NCBI RefSeq assembly: GCF_964213995.1
Contig: NC_135806.1
Location: 95,790,001 to 95,854,000 of the forward strand
Direction: 5' to 3'
DNA length: 64,000 bases
DNA from: Mustelus asterias
Taxonomy: Eukaryota
The stretch's first letter is position 1; each line of letters opens with the position of its first letter. The notes below the pieces were generated by a model that worked only from the letters and a program-made list of their open reading frames with translations, made no database searches and was not told where the DNA came from. The position numbers and the translations under genes are program-made. Shown here in pieces: positions 45,717 through 58,602 of the stretch.

Positions 45717-48700
45717 GTGGTGTTTCCAAAATAATGGGCAGGATCCGGAATCAGAAGATCATATTTTACTGGTATTTTACTGGTATGGAAAAGAGGACAG
45801 CGCATGACTCGCAGATGAGGGAAAACCAAGCTAAACTGAGCCATCTGTTAATTTGAAACAGACCCCATTTTGGCTACAGCAAGTGTTAACCTGCAGTGTG
45901 GGAATCATAAATTTATGGAATAGATTTAAGACCCTTGAAGGCTGAGTGACGTCTGTATAAATCATGATGTGATGTTATTTAAATGTCCAACCAATTAAAA
46001 AAAATAGGCTGCCAGTATCAGTGAGAATTTTTAAAAAGCTCAATTCTAGCAGTTACAGTCGTCACTTGTGTTATTTATTTCCTTATGGGCTCTTTATAGA
46101 TGGTTGGCTAATTTCCCCAGCTTTAATTATCTTGGTCGGGAGTTCTAAGTTCAAAGTTTTATTAATGTCTCAAAGATGTCATTAAATGATTCCCTGCCTT
46201 TGATGTGAGATTATGAATAGAAGTTTGTTTTTCTGAGATTAACCTTGAGGAGATTTAAAATGGTTCAATGGGGTGTCATGAATGGGATTTTTATAATATA
46301 ATGAAGGCCATTTTAGACTTTTACTTTATTTCATCTCATCATGGCTCTTGAAATCTGCCCATGGAGAAGTATGCATGTAAGGGCTAAGGGTGGTGTGTGG
46401 GTTGTTATGAGTTGGGTGTGGTTGGCATTAAGTTAGCATGGGGCTATAAAGGGCCATGTGGCTGGGTGGGGGGCATAACTTGGCAAGCAGGATATGAGAG
46501 GCATAAGATAGCATAGGGTGTGGATGGAATGCTGATTGGCTGTGAGAGGTGAGAGCTAAAAGGCTTAAAATTTAATGAAACAACTGTGGAAAAAGTCAGA
46601 GAAAAGCAAAATAGACTTTTAACCAGCCCACTTTGACACTTGGCCACTCCTTGGATACCTCCGATCTGCTTCCAGCGGTGGTGGGGTCAACTCTAACAAG
46701 CACTCACCCACCCCCAGAATGAAAATTGGGTCTGACGAGGCACTTTCTACTGAGGCATGTCTGACAATTAGGGAGATTTCCTGACTTGAACTGCCCACCT
46801 TGGAAGTAAAATCCTGGCCAATTAACTCTGTTTCTCTCCATAGATGCTGACTGATGGGCTGAACATTTCCAGAATGTTCTCTTTTTATAGCATAATTTTC
46901 CAATGTTTGTACTGTCCTAAAAAAGGTTAACAAAAGCATAAAACTGAAACATCACCATGCTCTTGACGGGAAGCAGCAAGAAAATTGACCGGTGGGGGGG
47001 GGGGGGGGGCGGGGGGAGGTGATTCACATCAGTCAGCAGGAATAAATCAGTTGCTCTAGCCAAAGTAGCAGATTCTAGTTTTTTTCAATTGACCGCAAAT
47101 AATAGGTTATATTTTCCAACCTGTGGATCAGTCCCATCGGTGTAAGACAAGCTCATAGGGACTCAGATGTCAGGAGGGAGGCTCCTTTCACAGAATCCCA
47201 ACCCAATTAGTCCAGTACATAAATTCACCTATAAGTGCTCTCACACACTTAAAAACTATGTGAATGGCTTGGCAAAGAGTACCAATACAAATCCCTGATT
47301 TTCTCATGGGGAATACACTATGCATTCACGTTGCTGTCATAAATTGGGCAATGAAGGTCAAGTATATTGTGGCCTTTCAGCAAGCGATTTTTGAAGGTTT
47401 ACCTGCTGAACATTTCACAGGAACATTTTCTGATAGTGGAATTTAATGTAGGGTTGCTGAGAGTTGGACTTGTGAATGTTAAGGTTGTCACAGTATTCTG
47501 AAACAAATATTTATTTCGATTTTTGGTAATAAGATTTTTTCGCTGCTACAATTAAAAGTGCAAATCTGAAATTTTCTTTTATTTTTATTCCCTTTTTGTG
47601 ATGTTGGTTCACTCTTTAGCCCCTGGTTTATGGAGGCCAAAAGATTTCAAAGGATTTAAGTTGCAGCATCCTCCTCCCCTGCAGTTTTTGTCTGTCTTGT
47701 TCTGAAAGCAGCAAGATTGTGTTGGCATTTTGGAAATTTGACAAGCGCTGAATAATACCTAAGTAGCTACAGCCATGACTGTCAGTAAAAGAACATGCAT
47801 CATAAAGCCAAATTTTTCTGAAGCTTGCATTCGGAGTTCACCTTCACAGATGATAATGTGACATTAATTTCCATTTAAAGTTCCAGGTAATAGATTTGCC
47901 CAACTGCAGTTTATGCTTACATGTAAAGCTATGAAAGAGTTGTCTAGTTCTTTGAGTGTCTTATATACAGCCTATGCTGTACAGATTGAGCGGAAATTGT
48001 GGCACGTTTCACCCTTTGTGGCACGTTCCATCACTTTGTGAAATAGTGAGTAATCGTACCTTTCCAGATTTTCAGAGACTGCTGATCTGTTCCTCAACTG
48101 TTCTGAAGGTCCCTGAATGCAGGGCATTGTGTTAACCCTGTGTACCATCTCTTCCTATTCAGTCCAGGTAATTCACATGTGTGAAATGTATGTTCTGAGC
48201 CAAACAAGAAAACTCTCTTTTGACCACATTTTGTAGCAACAGCAGAAAAAGCTCTGCAGTGGCATGGGGAGTACCAGGGTGCCAGGCTGGTGCTGCCTGG
48301 GTGCCAGGCTGGCAGTGCCAGGTTGACACTGCCCAAGAGGCAACTCCCCACTCCCTATCTTTGGAAGTCTCAGTGGCCTCTGGTCCCACTAGAATTTCCT
48401 TGGTATTTCCCTGTAACTTCAGCAGCAAACCCAAAGAAATGGCATGAATGGCAGATTTGCTTCTTCTCTAGGGTTTCTGCTGAGGGTATGGTTATAAACA
48501 GAAAAACACTCATAGAAATCGCTGATGCCTAACTTTGATGACTTTATACTGTTTTAAACTGTTATTCGATGATTCAAAGGCCAGATGTACTTCTGAGATG
48601 ATCTTGTCTTGTTGCAAAATAATCGAGCTGTTTTAATACCATTTCAATAGTTCTGTCTTAATTGGACATAGCTAACAATAGATTTTTATGAATGATCTTC

Positions 48701-50450
48701 AAAAATGTACTTTACAGTAAGTCTACCAATTGTTTGAACTTAGAGATTGACCTCAAAGAGATTATTCCTGACATTAAAAATTTATTTACAAGTTTGTTGA
48801 AAAAAGATTTATTTCTCAAGCACTTCTAGTTGTTTTAAGATTATATGATAATAAGCTCTCAGAAAGACCATTTATATTTCACAATTGGCACAGTTTTACA
48901 TGGCTAAATTTCACTTGTATTATCATTGTGCAGTGTATGTTACCACTGACTGAGTAATATATTAGTAATCAAAAGAGGCAGATTAATATGCTTATCTTAA
49001 ATTAAATGCATTCTTGGCTCACATGAGAGAAACATTTCCAAACTAAAACCAAACACTTCATTTGTGGCAGTGACCATCATTGCCTGGATTTACTCATAAC
49101 AGTTTGGCAACTCTGCACCTGTGTTATTGTATCCATTTATTTGCCTTGTTTTCAGTTAAATTAATCCTTTCTGTTTTGACAAGGAGACTGATGGGTAATT
49201 GATAAAAGTGATTGGCATGTCTAGGAGAGAAAGACCCTGAATTATTCAGTGCTTCTCAGCATCAATGAAGGTACAGGCCAAAGAATTCACATTTCTGTTT
49301 GCTCTAAAACCTAACGAAGTCAGTGAGACATTTGTGATGCCACTTTATCAGCAAACCAAACAGTGTACAATTGTTTTCTGCAGACAAAATGTTTTATAAG
49401 CTTGTAACTCTGTCCATGAAGCTGCCAGAATAATAAATAGGTACACTAGTCCGTGCATGCTAATGAAATGTTGTAAGCAGTTTTGTTGACAAGTGCTAAT
49501 ACTTCTTTCACACCAACATCAAAAGCAGCTAGTTTGACAGTCATTACTTGCTAGTTTTATAAGCAGACATGATTGATTGTGACCTTAATATAGGTTGGCC
49601 CAAGTTTTGAAACTTTAACAACTTGCTATAAATCATGGAATTATTACAATACGGTTTAATTGGCTAAGGAATGTTTATTTCCTAAAGAAGCTGAAAAAAT
49701 TCAGTTCCAATGCTTTTAATTTGCAAAGTGCATTTTCATTATGGGTGGCAGTTCAACTCTCTTTTGTCATGTAAAATATGCAACATTTTGATAATCAATT
49801 AATTATATCAAAATGCATAGTAAGCTTTAATTATTATTCATATTACTGGGAAGTTTTTCAAGTTTATTAAACATGTTAAATTGGATGCTTTGCATTTCTA
49901 TAGTTAATGTTGCAAATTAAATGAAAATTAGATGACGACCTTTTGTTTGTTTTGCAATGTAAACTAATTAAGTAATCTATAAATATGAAAAATAAATTAA
50001 GCAATTATATGTATCTTTCCGAAACACAGATGAATACTTTTTGTTAAGTCAGCAATCATACAAAACTGTGAATTATGTAATAATAAATTTGATTATGCAA
50101 ATATTTAGGCACAGTTAGGCACAAATATTCTTGTTAAATTGACAAACTGGCCCTCTCTTATAATTCTATTAATATAGTTGCTTAGAATTTTGATAAAACA
50201 AGTTTTAACCTAGGCGAAGTTGAAATAAATTAGTACATTATGCAGAGATCGAAAATCCCTCGGCCTTCAGAATGTTTCTCAAAAATTGAATTTTTTAACT
50301 AATCATGATTTTATAAATTAAGCAGGGTATTAGTGAGTGCATTGATCTGCACTATAAACATTAACCAGTTTAATAAATTGTATTAATTTAATTATTTAAC
50401 AGTACCACCAGGTTGGAACCAACTACTACCGTGTAATATTGAAAAGAACA

Positions 50451-51084
50451 TAAGAACATAAGAAATAGGAGCAGGAGTAGGCCATCTAGCCCCTCGAGCC
50501 TGCCCCGCCTTTCAATAAGATCATGGCTGATCTGAAGTGGATCAGTTCCACTTACCCGCCTGATCCCTATAACCCCTAATTCCCTTACCGATCAGGAATC
50601 CATCTATCCGTGATTTAAACAGATTCAACGAGGTAGCCTCCACCACTTCAGTGGGCAGAGAATTCCAGAGATTCACCACCCTCTGAGAGAAGAAGTTCCT
50701 CCTCAACTCTGTCCTAAACTGACCCCCCCTTATTTTGAGGCTGTGCCCTCTAGTTCTAGCTTCCTTTCTAAGTGGAAAGAATCTCTCCATCTCTACCCTA
50801 TCCAGCCCCTTCATTATCTTATAGGTCTCTATAAGATCCCCCCTCAGCCTTCTAAATTCCAACGAGTACAAACCCAATCTGCTCAGTCTCTCCTCATAAT
50901 CAACACCCCTCATCTCTGGTATCAACCTGGTGAACCTTCTCTGCACTCCCTCCAAGGCCAATATATCCTTCCGCAAATAAGGGGACCAATACTGCACACA
51001 GTATTCCAGCTGCGGCCTCACCAATGCCCTATACAGATGCAGCAAGACATCTCTGCTTTTATATTCTATCCCCCTTGCGATATA
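50451..51084 (-). mobile_element. Young 5'-truncated CR1 with a (GTTCTTAT)n tail and a 10-bp duplication
   Basis: Stop-free ORF 50542-51045 (VRPQLEYCVQYWSP, FFSQRVV); GAAAAGAACA at 50441-50450 and 51085-51094. Confidence 0.93.
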
Positions 51085-51454
51085 GAAAAGAACAGAGATG
51101 TATAGTTCATTGAATTACTGTTTAAATAAATAAGCTTATTTACTTATAGTCTAATTGATTGTGTTTCACAAAAACAGAATAATTTACAATCTGAAATGCA
51201 TAAGGAGGTTGCATTCAGAGAGATTCTAATCATTGAATTGTTCTTGGCAATCCCAGCCTGCTGCATTTAACAAATTTGGCAAACTACAGAATACAGCAAT
51301 GCCCATATAATTTCTCTTGCCAGATTTATTAGCTTTTTTTGAAAATACTATTGCTAATTTAATCTCCTCCTTAGTGTTAAATGTTATCTACTTCTGCTTC
51401 TCCCTACCTTTCTTTCCAATTCAGGCAGTACCATCTTTTGAGACTTTTATTTAT

Positions 51455-51770
51455 TATTTGTTTGTGGGGTTTGGGCTTTGCTGGCAATGCCACCATTTAT
51501 TCTTACTTGCACCTGAGAAGGTAGTACTGAGCTGCCTTCTCGGATTTCTGCAGTCTGTGGTGCAGGTACTCCCACAGTGTTGTTTTATAGGGAGTGCTGA
51601 GATTTTGACCAGCGATGGTGAAAGAACTATGATATGTTTCCGTATCAGGATGTTGCATGGCATGAAGAGGGACTTGCAAGTGATAGTATTCCCAAATGCC
51701 TGCTGCCCTTTTCCTTCCAGCCAATAGTAGCTGCTCGTTTGGAAAGTGCTGTTAATGAAATCTTAGGTTA
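51455..51770 (-). mobile_element. Lineage-B LINE 3' fragment
   Basis: Aligns to about 15280-15610. Confidence 0.75.
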
Positions 51771-51826
51771 TGGCCTGGAACCCTGAATATTTGTGCCAAT
51801 TTAAATTTTGCAGAAGAAAGAAACAT

Positions 51827-52112
51827 GGGGCAGGATTCTCTGGCCGTGCTGGTCTAAAAGCCGGAAATTCCCACCTGACTGTCAATGGGGCTTCACATTG
51901 TCCGCAACCCGCCCACTATAATTCCAGTGGCGGGAGGGTTGGGAGAATTCATAGAACATAGAACATTACAGCGCAGTACAGGCCCTTCGGCCCTCAATGT
52001 TGCGCCGACCAGTGGAACCAATCTAAAGCCCCTCTAATCTACACTATTCCAATATCATCCGTATGTTTATCCAATAACCATTTGAATGCTCTTAATGTTG
52101 ACAATTCAAGCC
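51827..52112. mobile_element. MITE whose right TIR is interrupted by a CR1 tail fragment
   Basis: GGGGCAGGATTCTC...GGAGAATTC|CR1|AATTCAAGCC. Confidence 0.6.
51952..52102 (-). mobile_element. Short CR1 3' fragment with a (GTTCTAT)n tail
   Basis: TAGAACATAGAACATTACAGCGCAGTACAGGCCCTTCGGCCC; AATTCA duplicated at 51946-51951 and 52103-52108. Confidence 0.88.
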
Positions 52113-52640
52113 ATGTTGCCAAAGTTTTTCACCTTGCACTCATCAGGACAGATGCAATAACGCCAAATTTCAAAGAGATCAACAATTTATACTGCATGAG
52201 AAAAGCTGGCTGATTGTTTGGCGAGTCAAGAATGGTCAAGACATTGCCATGGCGAATGCGCCAGGGTGCTATTGCACCCTATGCTTTTTTAGTTCAAAAA
52301 AGGTGCAATGTCTGGACATTTCCTTTCACTTGCAAAGGACAGATCTTTGAATATGAATTTAAGTAGCTTCTAGTAAGCATGAGTGTGGTATATTGCGAGC
52401 AGATTAATAATTTTAAATTGGTTGCCAGTGTAAGTCTTAGCACACTCGGGATTGTTCAGTAAATGCTGCCCAATTGCAGAACCGCATTTAAGATTATGCA
52501 TTACGTCCTGAGTTTTGCAAGCAAGGGTTGGTTCAGTACAGTCAGCACTCTGCCTATCCCTTCGGCTGTTTGCAATAGGCACTGGCTAGAATATAATCTT
52601 GAATGTAAAATGCAATGTTTAGTTGGAATTAAGTATATTA
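52113..52640 (-). mobile_element. Decayed Penelope-like element of a second family
   Basis: SAIGQHLLNNPECAKTYTGNQFKII (GIY-YIG C-terminal region) followed by a hammerhead-like CTGATGA...GAAA remnant. Confidence 0.75.
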
Positions 52641-53061
52641 GGGAAAACATTGTAGCAAAGGTGAGTTTTTCTGGTCTTTGCAAAAATGTTTGACAAGTTA
52701 TCTGTCTTCGCAGCTGAACTGGGGCATTAAAGTACTAGTACATACAATCAGATACTAGCTACTTAGATGAGATGTGGTGAGTGAGTGTTCAACAGCATAG
52801 ACAAATTTTAACAGCCCAAAAGTATGTCGTACTCATGGGCAGGACTTTTCAGTGAGCTGTGGAAATAGGATACATTACTTCTCATGCATCACAGAGACAT
52901 AGATATGTTTTTTAGTGAAAGCTGTTCTAGTACAGCATCTACCCTTCAAGGTGGAAAATTGTCGAGGCATGTCTGTCCACAAAATGCAAGACAATCCAAC
53001 CCGACCAATTACTGCACCATAAGTCTACTCTCAATCATTATCAAAGTGATGGAAGATTACC

Positions 53062-53345
53062 CAGTGGCACAGTGGTTAACACTGCTGCCTCACAGCCCCT
53101 GTGTGGAGTTTGTGCATTCTCCCTGTGTCTGCGTGGGTTTTCTCCGAGTGCTCCGGTTTCCTCCCACACTCCAATGATGCACAGGTTAGGTTGACTGACC
53201 TTGCTAAATTAACCATTAGCATCAGGGGGATTAGCAGGGTAAATATGTGGTGTTATGGGGATAGGGCCTAGGTGGGATTGTTGTCGCTGGAGGCTCAATG
53301 GACCGATTGGCCTCCTTCTGCACTGTAGGGATTCTATGATTCTAA
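53062..53345 (+). mobile_element. HE1-type V-SINE lacking the B-box segment
   Basis: Partial head, V core, tail GGATTCTATGATTCTA. Confidence 0.87.
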
Positions 53346-53654
53346 GATATTGTCGACAGTGCTATCAAGTCGCACTTACTCAGCAATAACATGCCAATAA
53401 TGCTCAGTTTGGATTCCACCAGGTCACTCAACTCCTGATCTCATTACAGCTTTGGTTCAAACATGGACAAAGGGGCTAAACGCAAGAGGTGATTGCCCTT
53501 GACATCAAGGCAGCATTTGAAAGAGTGTGGCATCATGGAACCATAGGAAAACTGGAGCCGATAGGAATCAGAGGAAAAAGTCTTCACGGGTTGGAGTGAT
53601 ACCTAACACAAAGGTTGTGTTTGTTGGAGGCCCATCGTATTAATAAATAAAGTT

Positions 53655-54280
53655 AATAAAGCATTTGGTTTCTTAGACTTTATTAATAGGGGCATTGAAT
53701 AAAAGTGTTAGAAGGTCATGTTGCATTTGTATCAGACACTATTCAGGCCTTACCTGCTGCCAGTTCAGGGCACCAGACTTGAGAAATAACGTGAAGTAAT
53801 TGGAGAGAATACAGAGAAGATTCGCAAGAATGATTCCAGGGTTAAGAACTGTAGCTGAGGATAAGGTGGAGAGGATGGAACTGTGTTTCTTGGAGAAAAG
53901 AAGGCTAAGAGACGACTTGATAGAGTAACCCAAAATCCAAAATGAAAGGGTAAATAGTAAGAAACTGTTCACACTCAAGAAAGCACCAAGAACAAGAAGA
54001 CACAGCTTCAAAATATTTGGTAAAAGCAGTAAAAGTGATGAGAAAAAAATCTTTTTCACCCAGAGGGTGGTTGGAGTCTGGAACGAACTTCCTGAGTGGG
54101 TGGTGGAGGCAGGTTTAATTGAGGTTTTCGAAAGGGGATTGGATTGCTATCTGAAAAGAAACATTTACAAAGTGTCGGGCATAAGACAGGAGAGTGAGAC
54201 CAGGTAGAATGCTCTCTGAGAGAGCCAGTGCAGATTCTATGGACCAAATAGCCTCTTTCTACACTGTAAAGGTTCTGTGA
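53655..54280 (+). mobile_element. Old CR1 3' fragment
   Basis: AGAAGATTCGCAAGAATGATTCCAGGG, TTTTTCACCCAGAGGGTGGTT, tail ATGGACCAAATAGCCTCTTTCT. Confidence 0.8.
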
Positions 54281-54877
54281 AATAAAGACGCTGGCTACAA
54301 GAGTAGGTCAAAGGCTGGGAATTCTGTGGCGAGTAACTCACCTCCTGACTCCCCAAAGTTCACCATCCACAAGGCACAAGTCAGGAATGTGATGGAATAC
54401 TTTCCACTTGGATGAGTGCAGCTGTAGCAACACCAAAGAGGTTTGACACCATCCAGGACAAAGCAGCCCACTTGATTGGCACCTCATCCACCCTTCAACA
54501 TTCACTTCCTCCACCACCACGCACAGTGGCTACAGTGTATATCATCTAGAAGATGCACAGCATCTTTGAAAAAACCTTCCAAACCCATGACCTCTGCCAC
54601 TTAGAAGCATAAGGATAGCAGATGCACTGGAACGTGACCATCTGCAAGTTTTCATCCAAGCCACTCACTATCCTGACTTGGAACCATATCGCTGTTCCTT
54701 CACTGGGTCAAAATCCTCGAACTCCCTTCCTAATAGCATAGTTGGGGTACCCACACCACATAGACTGCATAAGTTTAAGAAGGTGGCTCACCACCTTCTC
54801 AAAGGAAGTTAAGGATTGGTAATAAATGCTGGCCTTTCTAGCAATGCCCACATTCTGTGAATGAATAAAAAGACCAT

Positions 54878-54960
54878 GGCCAGAATGTTACCGCCGTTCA
54901 CGCCGGCAGGATTTTCCAGGAGCAGGAGTGTGGCATGAACGGCCAATAAGATCGGACCCC
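54878..54960. mobile_element. Very short MITE
   Basis: GCCGTTCACGCC and GGCATGAACGGC are inverted repeats with one mismatch. Confidence 0.55.
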
Positions 54961-55289
54961 GTAACTATTTTTGTAGCACACGGAGTAAAAAGAACCAAAA
55001 ATATGAGAGATACAGAATGACTTATCAATAGCCTCCTCTTAATTTCTGTTGAATCACATGGGAGAGCAGATTCACACGTCCACTGAAACCCAGCAAGTTA
55101 TCATTGTGTGTGACTGTGAACATTTTGCTAGTTTGATGAGTTAAGATGAAATTTCCAAGAAGCTACAAGGCAGTCAAAGATGCACTTGATAACAGATCAA
55201 TACAGCTATTTAGCAGAAGGTCACTATGCCCATTAATGACCATTAATTCCCCAGACTCATAGCTTCATCATAACAATTCCTACACGGAT

Positions 55290-55515
55290 AAAGGCAAAAT
55301 ACTTTGGATGCTGGAATCTGAAACAAAAACAGAAAATGCTGGAAAATCTCAGCAGGTCTGACAGCATCTGTGGAGAGAGAGAATAGTGCCAGCGTTTTGA
55401 GTCTGCATGACCCATCGTTAGAGCTCTGACGAAGGATCAGCCAGACTCGAAATGTTGGCTCTATTCTCTCTCCATAGATTCTGTCAGATCTGCTGAGATT
55501 TTCCAGCATTTTCAA
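55290..55515. mobile_element. Palindromic non-autonomous element, probably PLE-derived
   Basis: Arms about 55333-55423 and 55424-55512 are imperfect reverse complements centred on AGAGCTCT with no spacer. Confidence 0.85.
55420..55462 (+). ncRNA. Minimal type-I hammerhead ribozyme motif
   Basis: AGAGCT-CTGACGA-A-GGATC-AGCCA-GACTC-GAAA-TG-TT-GGCTCT: 6-bp stem I, intact core, stem II with one mismatch. Confidence 0.7.
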
Positions 55516-56624
55516 TTTCTCCAGAGAATTTATCTGGTTACACCACAAGGAGCCAAATAGTAAAGAAGTTGGGAGGTAACAATGAACATGTTTGGGGTGT
55601 TGATAGCATTTGAATGAATCATTTCTACAAAGTGCTGTTAACTTACTTAACAGTTGGTTATGGTTGACAGCAGGAAAAAATTATGCTTCAGGTATTATCC
55701 TAAGTATCGGACAACTACTAATATAGAGGCAACATTACTGCAGATATGACAGTTTATGGATATCAGTGTTTTTTGGTACTTTTCATAAGTTTGTTGTTAT
55801 AAGATGTATTTTTAGTTTGATGATGAGGCTAAATGCATGTGCATGGATGATAGGTTAAAATGAGGTCTTGAACTATAATTGCCCTTCATCCAATTATTTT
55901 ATATTACCCTGATCATACTTTCACAAACTTGATTTTTCATTTACCCATCCTGGAACCACTATTTCTCAAGAAAATACTTCTATAGCAGACAGTTAAAATT
56001 TCAAAGCAGCAAAAGCAGGGCTTATTTGAGTTCCAGAAAAAAGTAATTCCTTTGTAGCTGCAATTTGAACTTTGTATTTTTCTCTCAACATATTTGAAAA
56101 AAAAGAAAATGATGTAGTGGCTTTTAAAGATGTGCCACTTTTGAACAATTAACCATGAATAATTCTAATTAGGCAGTATAATTATAGGTTAGCTGATGAA
56201 ATTAAACACAAGGTTTTTGAAAAATGTTAAAATACCAGAAAAGCAGCTATTGCAAAAGTATCATCACTTTGCAGTAGCCTCAGTGAAATCATTAACAATA
56301 GGAGATGTCCTTCAGATCCTACTTGCCATTTAATTGTGAGATGCTGAGATGCAAATTTTTGTAAGGCAAAATCAGCAATAAGTATAGACCATTGAATTAT
56401 AAAAGGATTCATGTAATAGGAATATTAAAGATGACAAGGTTGTAGACTTGGAAAAAAGAAAACTCACATAATTGGCATAAGAATGCTTTTCTTTAATACG
56501 TACCCATGTTTCCTACATCACACATCCCTTCTACTAGATGTAGTTAATTAGACAACATTCGGACCACAGGAATACAAGTATTATGTATTTGTGTTCTTAA
56601 ATTACCTTACTGTTATCACTGATA

Positions 56625-58072
56625 TCCATCTGTGGTTAACTAAAAAAGTTAAATGTAGTATCAAACTTAAAGAACAATTGCACAATGATGTGTGGCAGGT
56701 AGAAAATTGGACAGAATATGAAAAACAACAATCAGTGACTAAAAAAGTAACAAGGAGAGAAAAATTAGAGTACAAGAGAAAGTGAGCTAGACATATAAAG
56801 ACAGATAGTAAGAGTTTATATTGATATTTTAAAAAGAAAAAAGTTAATTAAGTGAGTGTTGGTCCTATAGAAAGTGACTCTGGGGAATTAATAGGCTGTA
56901 CCATTGGGGCACTCTACAACTGGACCATCCTGGAACTAGTGAGCTGTAACTAAGGAAGTAGAAAAGATTTTAAAGTAAATAGTGGGGGTAAGGGATCAAA
57001 TTTGGGAAGATGTGGTTAAATCAAAGAGTAGCGAAAACAGAAGTAAGAAACGTACGAATATGGAAAATGATAAAAAGATAATGTCAGGCAGGGATAGAGA
57101 GTATAAATATAAAAGTAAATCAGCAGATAATGGTGGAGCTGACAAAAATAATAGAAGGACAAAACTTAACGCTCCTGTATCTGAATGAACATAGCATTCA
57201 GAACAAAAGATGAGCCGATAGCTCAAATAGAAATAAATAGATACAATCCAATAGCCATCACAAAGGCATGACTGCAGGATGACATGGATTGGAACCTGAA
57301 TATTGAAAGGTACATGACACTCAGGAAGGACAGGAAGCCAGGAAAAGGTGGAGGGGTGGCTCTGTTAACTAATAATGGTATTAACACAATAGATAGGGAT
57401 TACCAAAGTTCAGGAAACTAGGATGTAGAGGCTGTTTGGGTAGAGATGAGAAACAATAAAGGCACAAAGTCACTTCTGGGAGTGGTTTACAGGCCCGCTA
57501 ATAGTACACACGCAGTAGGACGGAACATAAAGGAAGAAATAATGGGACCTTGTCAGAAAGGTACGGCGATAATCATGGGGCATTTTAAGCTACTTATAGA
57601 CTACAAATATCAGATGGGAAAAAGTAGCTTGGGTGAGGAGTTTATAGAATGTTTTTGGGATAGTCTCTTAGAACCAGAGAGCAGGCTACACTTGACTTGA
57701 TTATGCAATGCGATAGGATTAATTGATAACCTCATACTGAGGCCACTCCTAAGTAGCATTGATCATAATATGATTGAATTCTACATTCAGTTTGAGGGAG
57801 AAAAGAGTGGGGTTGAAGAGTACTATTTTAGACTTAAATAAGGGCAATTAAGATGGCATGAAAGCAAAGCTAGCTGAAGTAAACTGACAATTTAGGTTAA
57901 GGGATAGGTCAAAAGAGGTGTAGTGGCAGACATTTAAAAGGGATATTTTAGAATTCACAGAATAGGTACATTCCACAAGAAAGAAAAATCCCAAGAGGAG
58001 GAGCCATCCATGGTTGACCAAAAAAGTTAAAGATAGTATCAAACTTAAAGAAAAAGCATATCATTGCATAAG
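56625..58072 (+). mobile_element. Decayed CR1 (ORF1 end, ORF2 endonuclease and linker) in two segments
   Basis: LYLN..SIQNK, RKDRKPGKGGGVALL, LGVVYRPANS, DHNMIEF, PWLTKKVKDSIKLKEKAY. Confidence 0.85.
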
Positions 58073-58424
58073 GACGGAGGAAGCGTTGATGACCCCCACT
58101 GGCTTGCCTCTAGGGGGGCACTAATTCAGTTCTGGGCTCAGCAGTGGGGACAGCTGGCTGCTGTCGAGAAGAGCCCAGTCAGGACAGGCTCTTTCCCCCC
58201 AATGGACCTAAATGGCTTTCATCTGATGCCAGGTGGATAGCCTCTACCATGCTCACAACCCCTGCAGCAAGTTATCTTGGATGTGGAAATGTGTCAGGTA
58301 GCTACATCCAGTTCACTCTGTTTTGTCCCTAACCTGTCTCCGCTGGACTGGGAAAATTCAGCCCATTAGCCATTTTCCTCTTCACACAAATGCTACCTGA
58401 GTCTTCTCAGCATATTCTGTTTTT

Positions 58425-58602
58425 ATAAGCAAAATACTGCAGATGCTAGCATCTGAAACAAGAACAGAGAATACTTGAAAAACTCAGTAGGTCTGGCAGC
58501 ATCTATGGAGAGAAAGCAGAGTTAGCTTTTTGAGTCCTTTTGGCTTTGTTTTGGCTATTCTGTTTTTAGTGTGATTTCCAACATCTGTAGTACTTTGCTT
58601 TT
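58425..58602. mobile_element. Second copy of the palindromic family with its centre deleted
   Basis: AAGCAAAATACTGCAGATGCT...AACATCTGTAGTACTTTGCTT inverted ends; left arm matches about 55290-55400. Confidence 0.75.

Larger units (their letters stand above)
52945..54871 (+). mobile_element. Lineage-B LINE pieces interrupted by a SINE and an old CR1
   Basis: SNPTNYCTISLLSII, LDIKAAFERVWH, then the 3' region with tail at 54820-54871. Confidence 0.8.

Noticed and set aside
47997-48027. 12-bp direct repeat TTGTGGCACGTT
   Set aside because: Two copies only; a small local duplication with no further support
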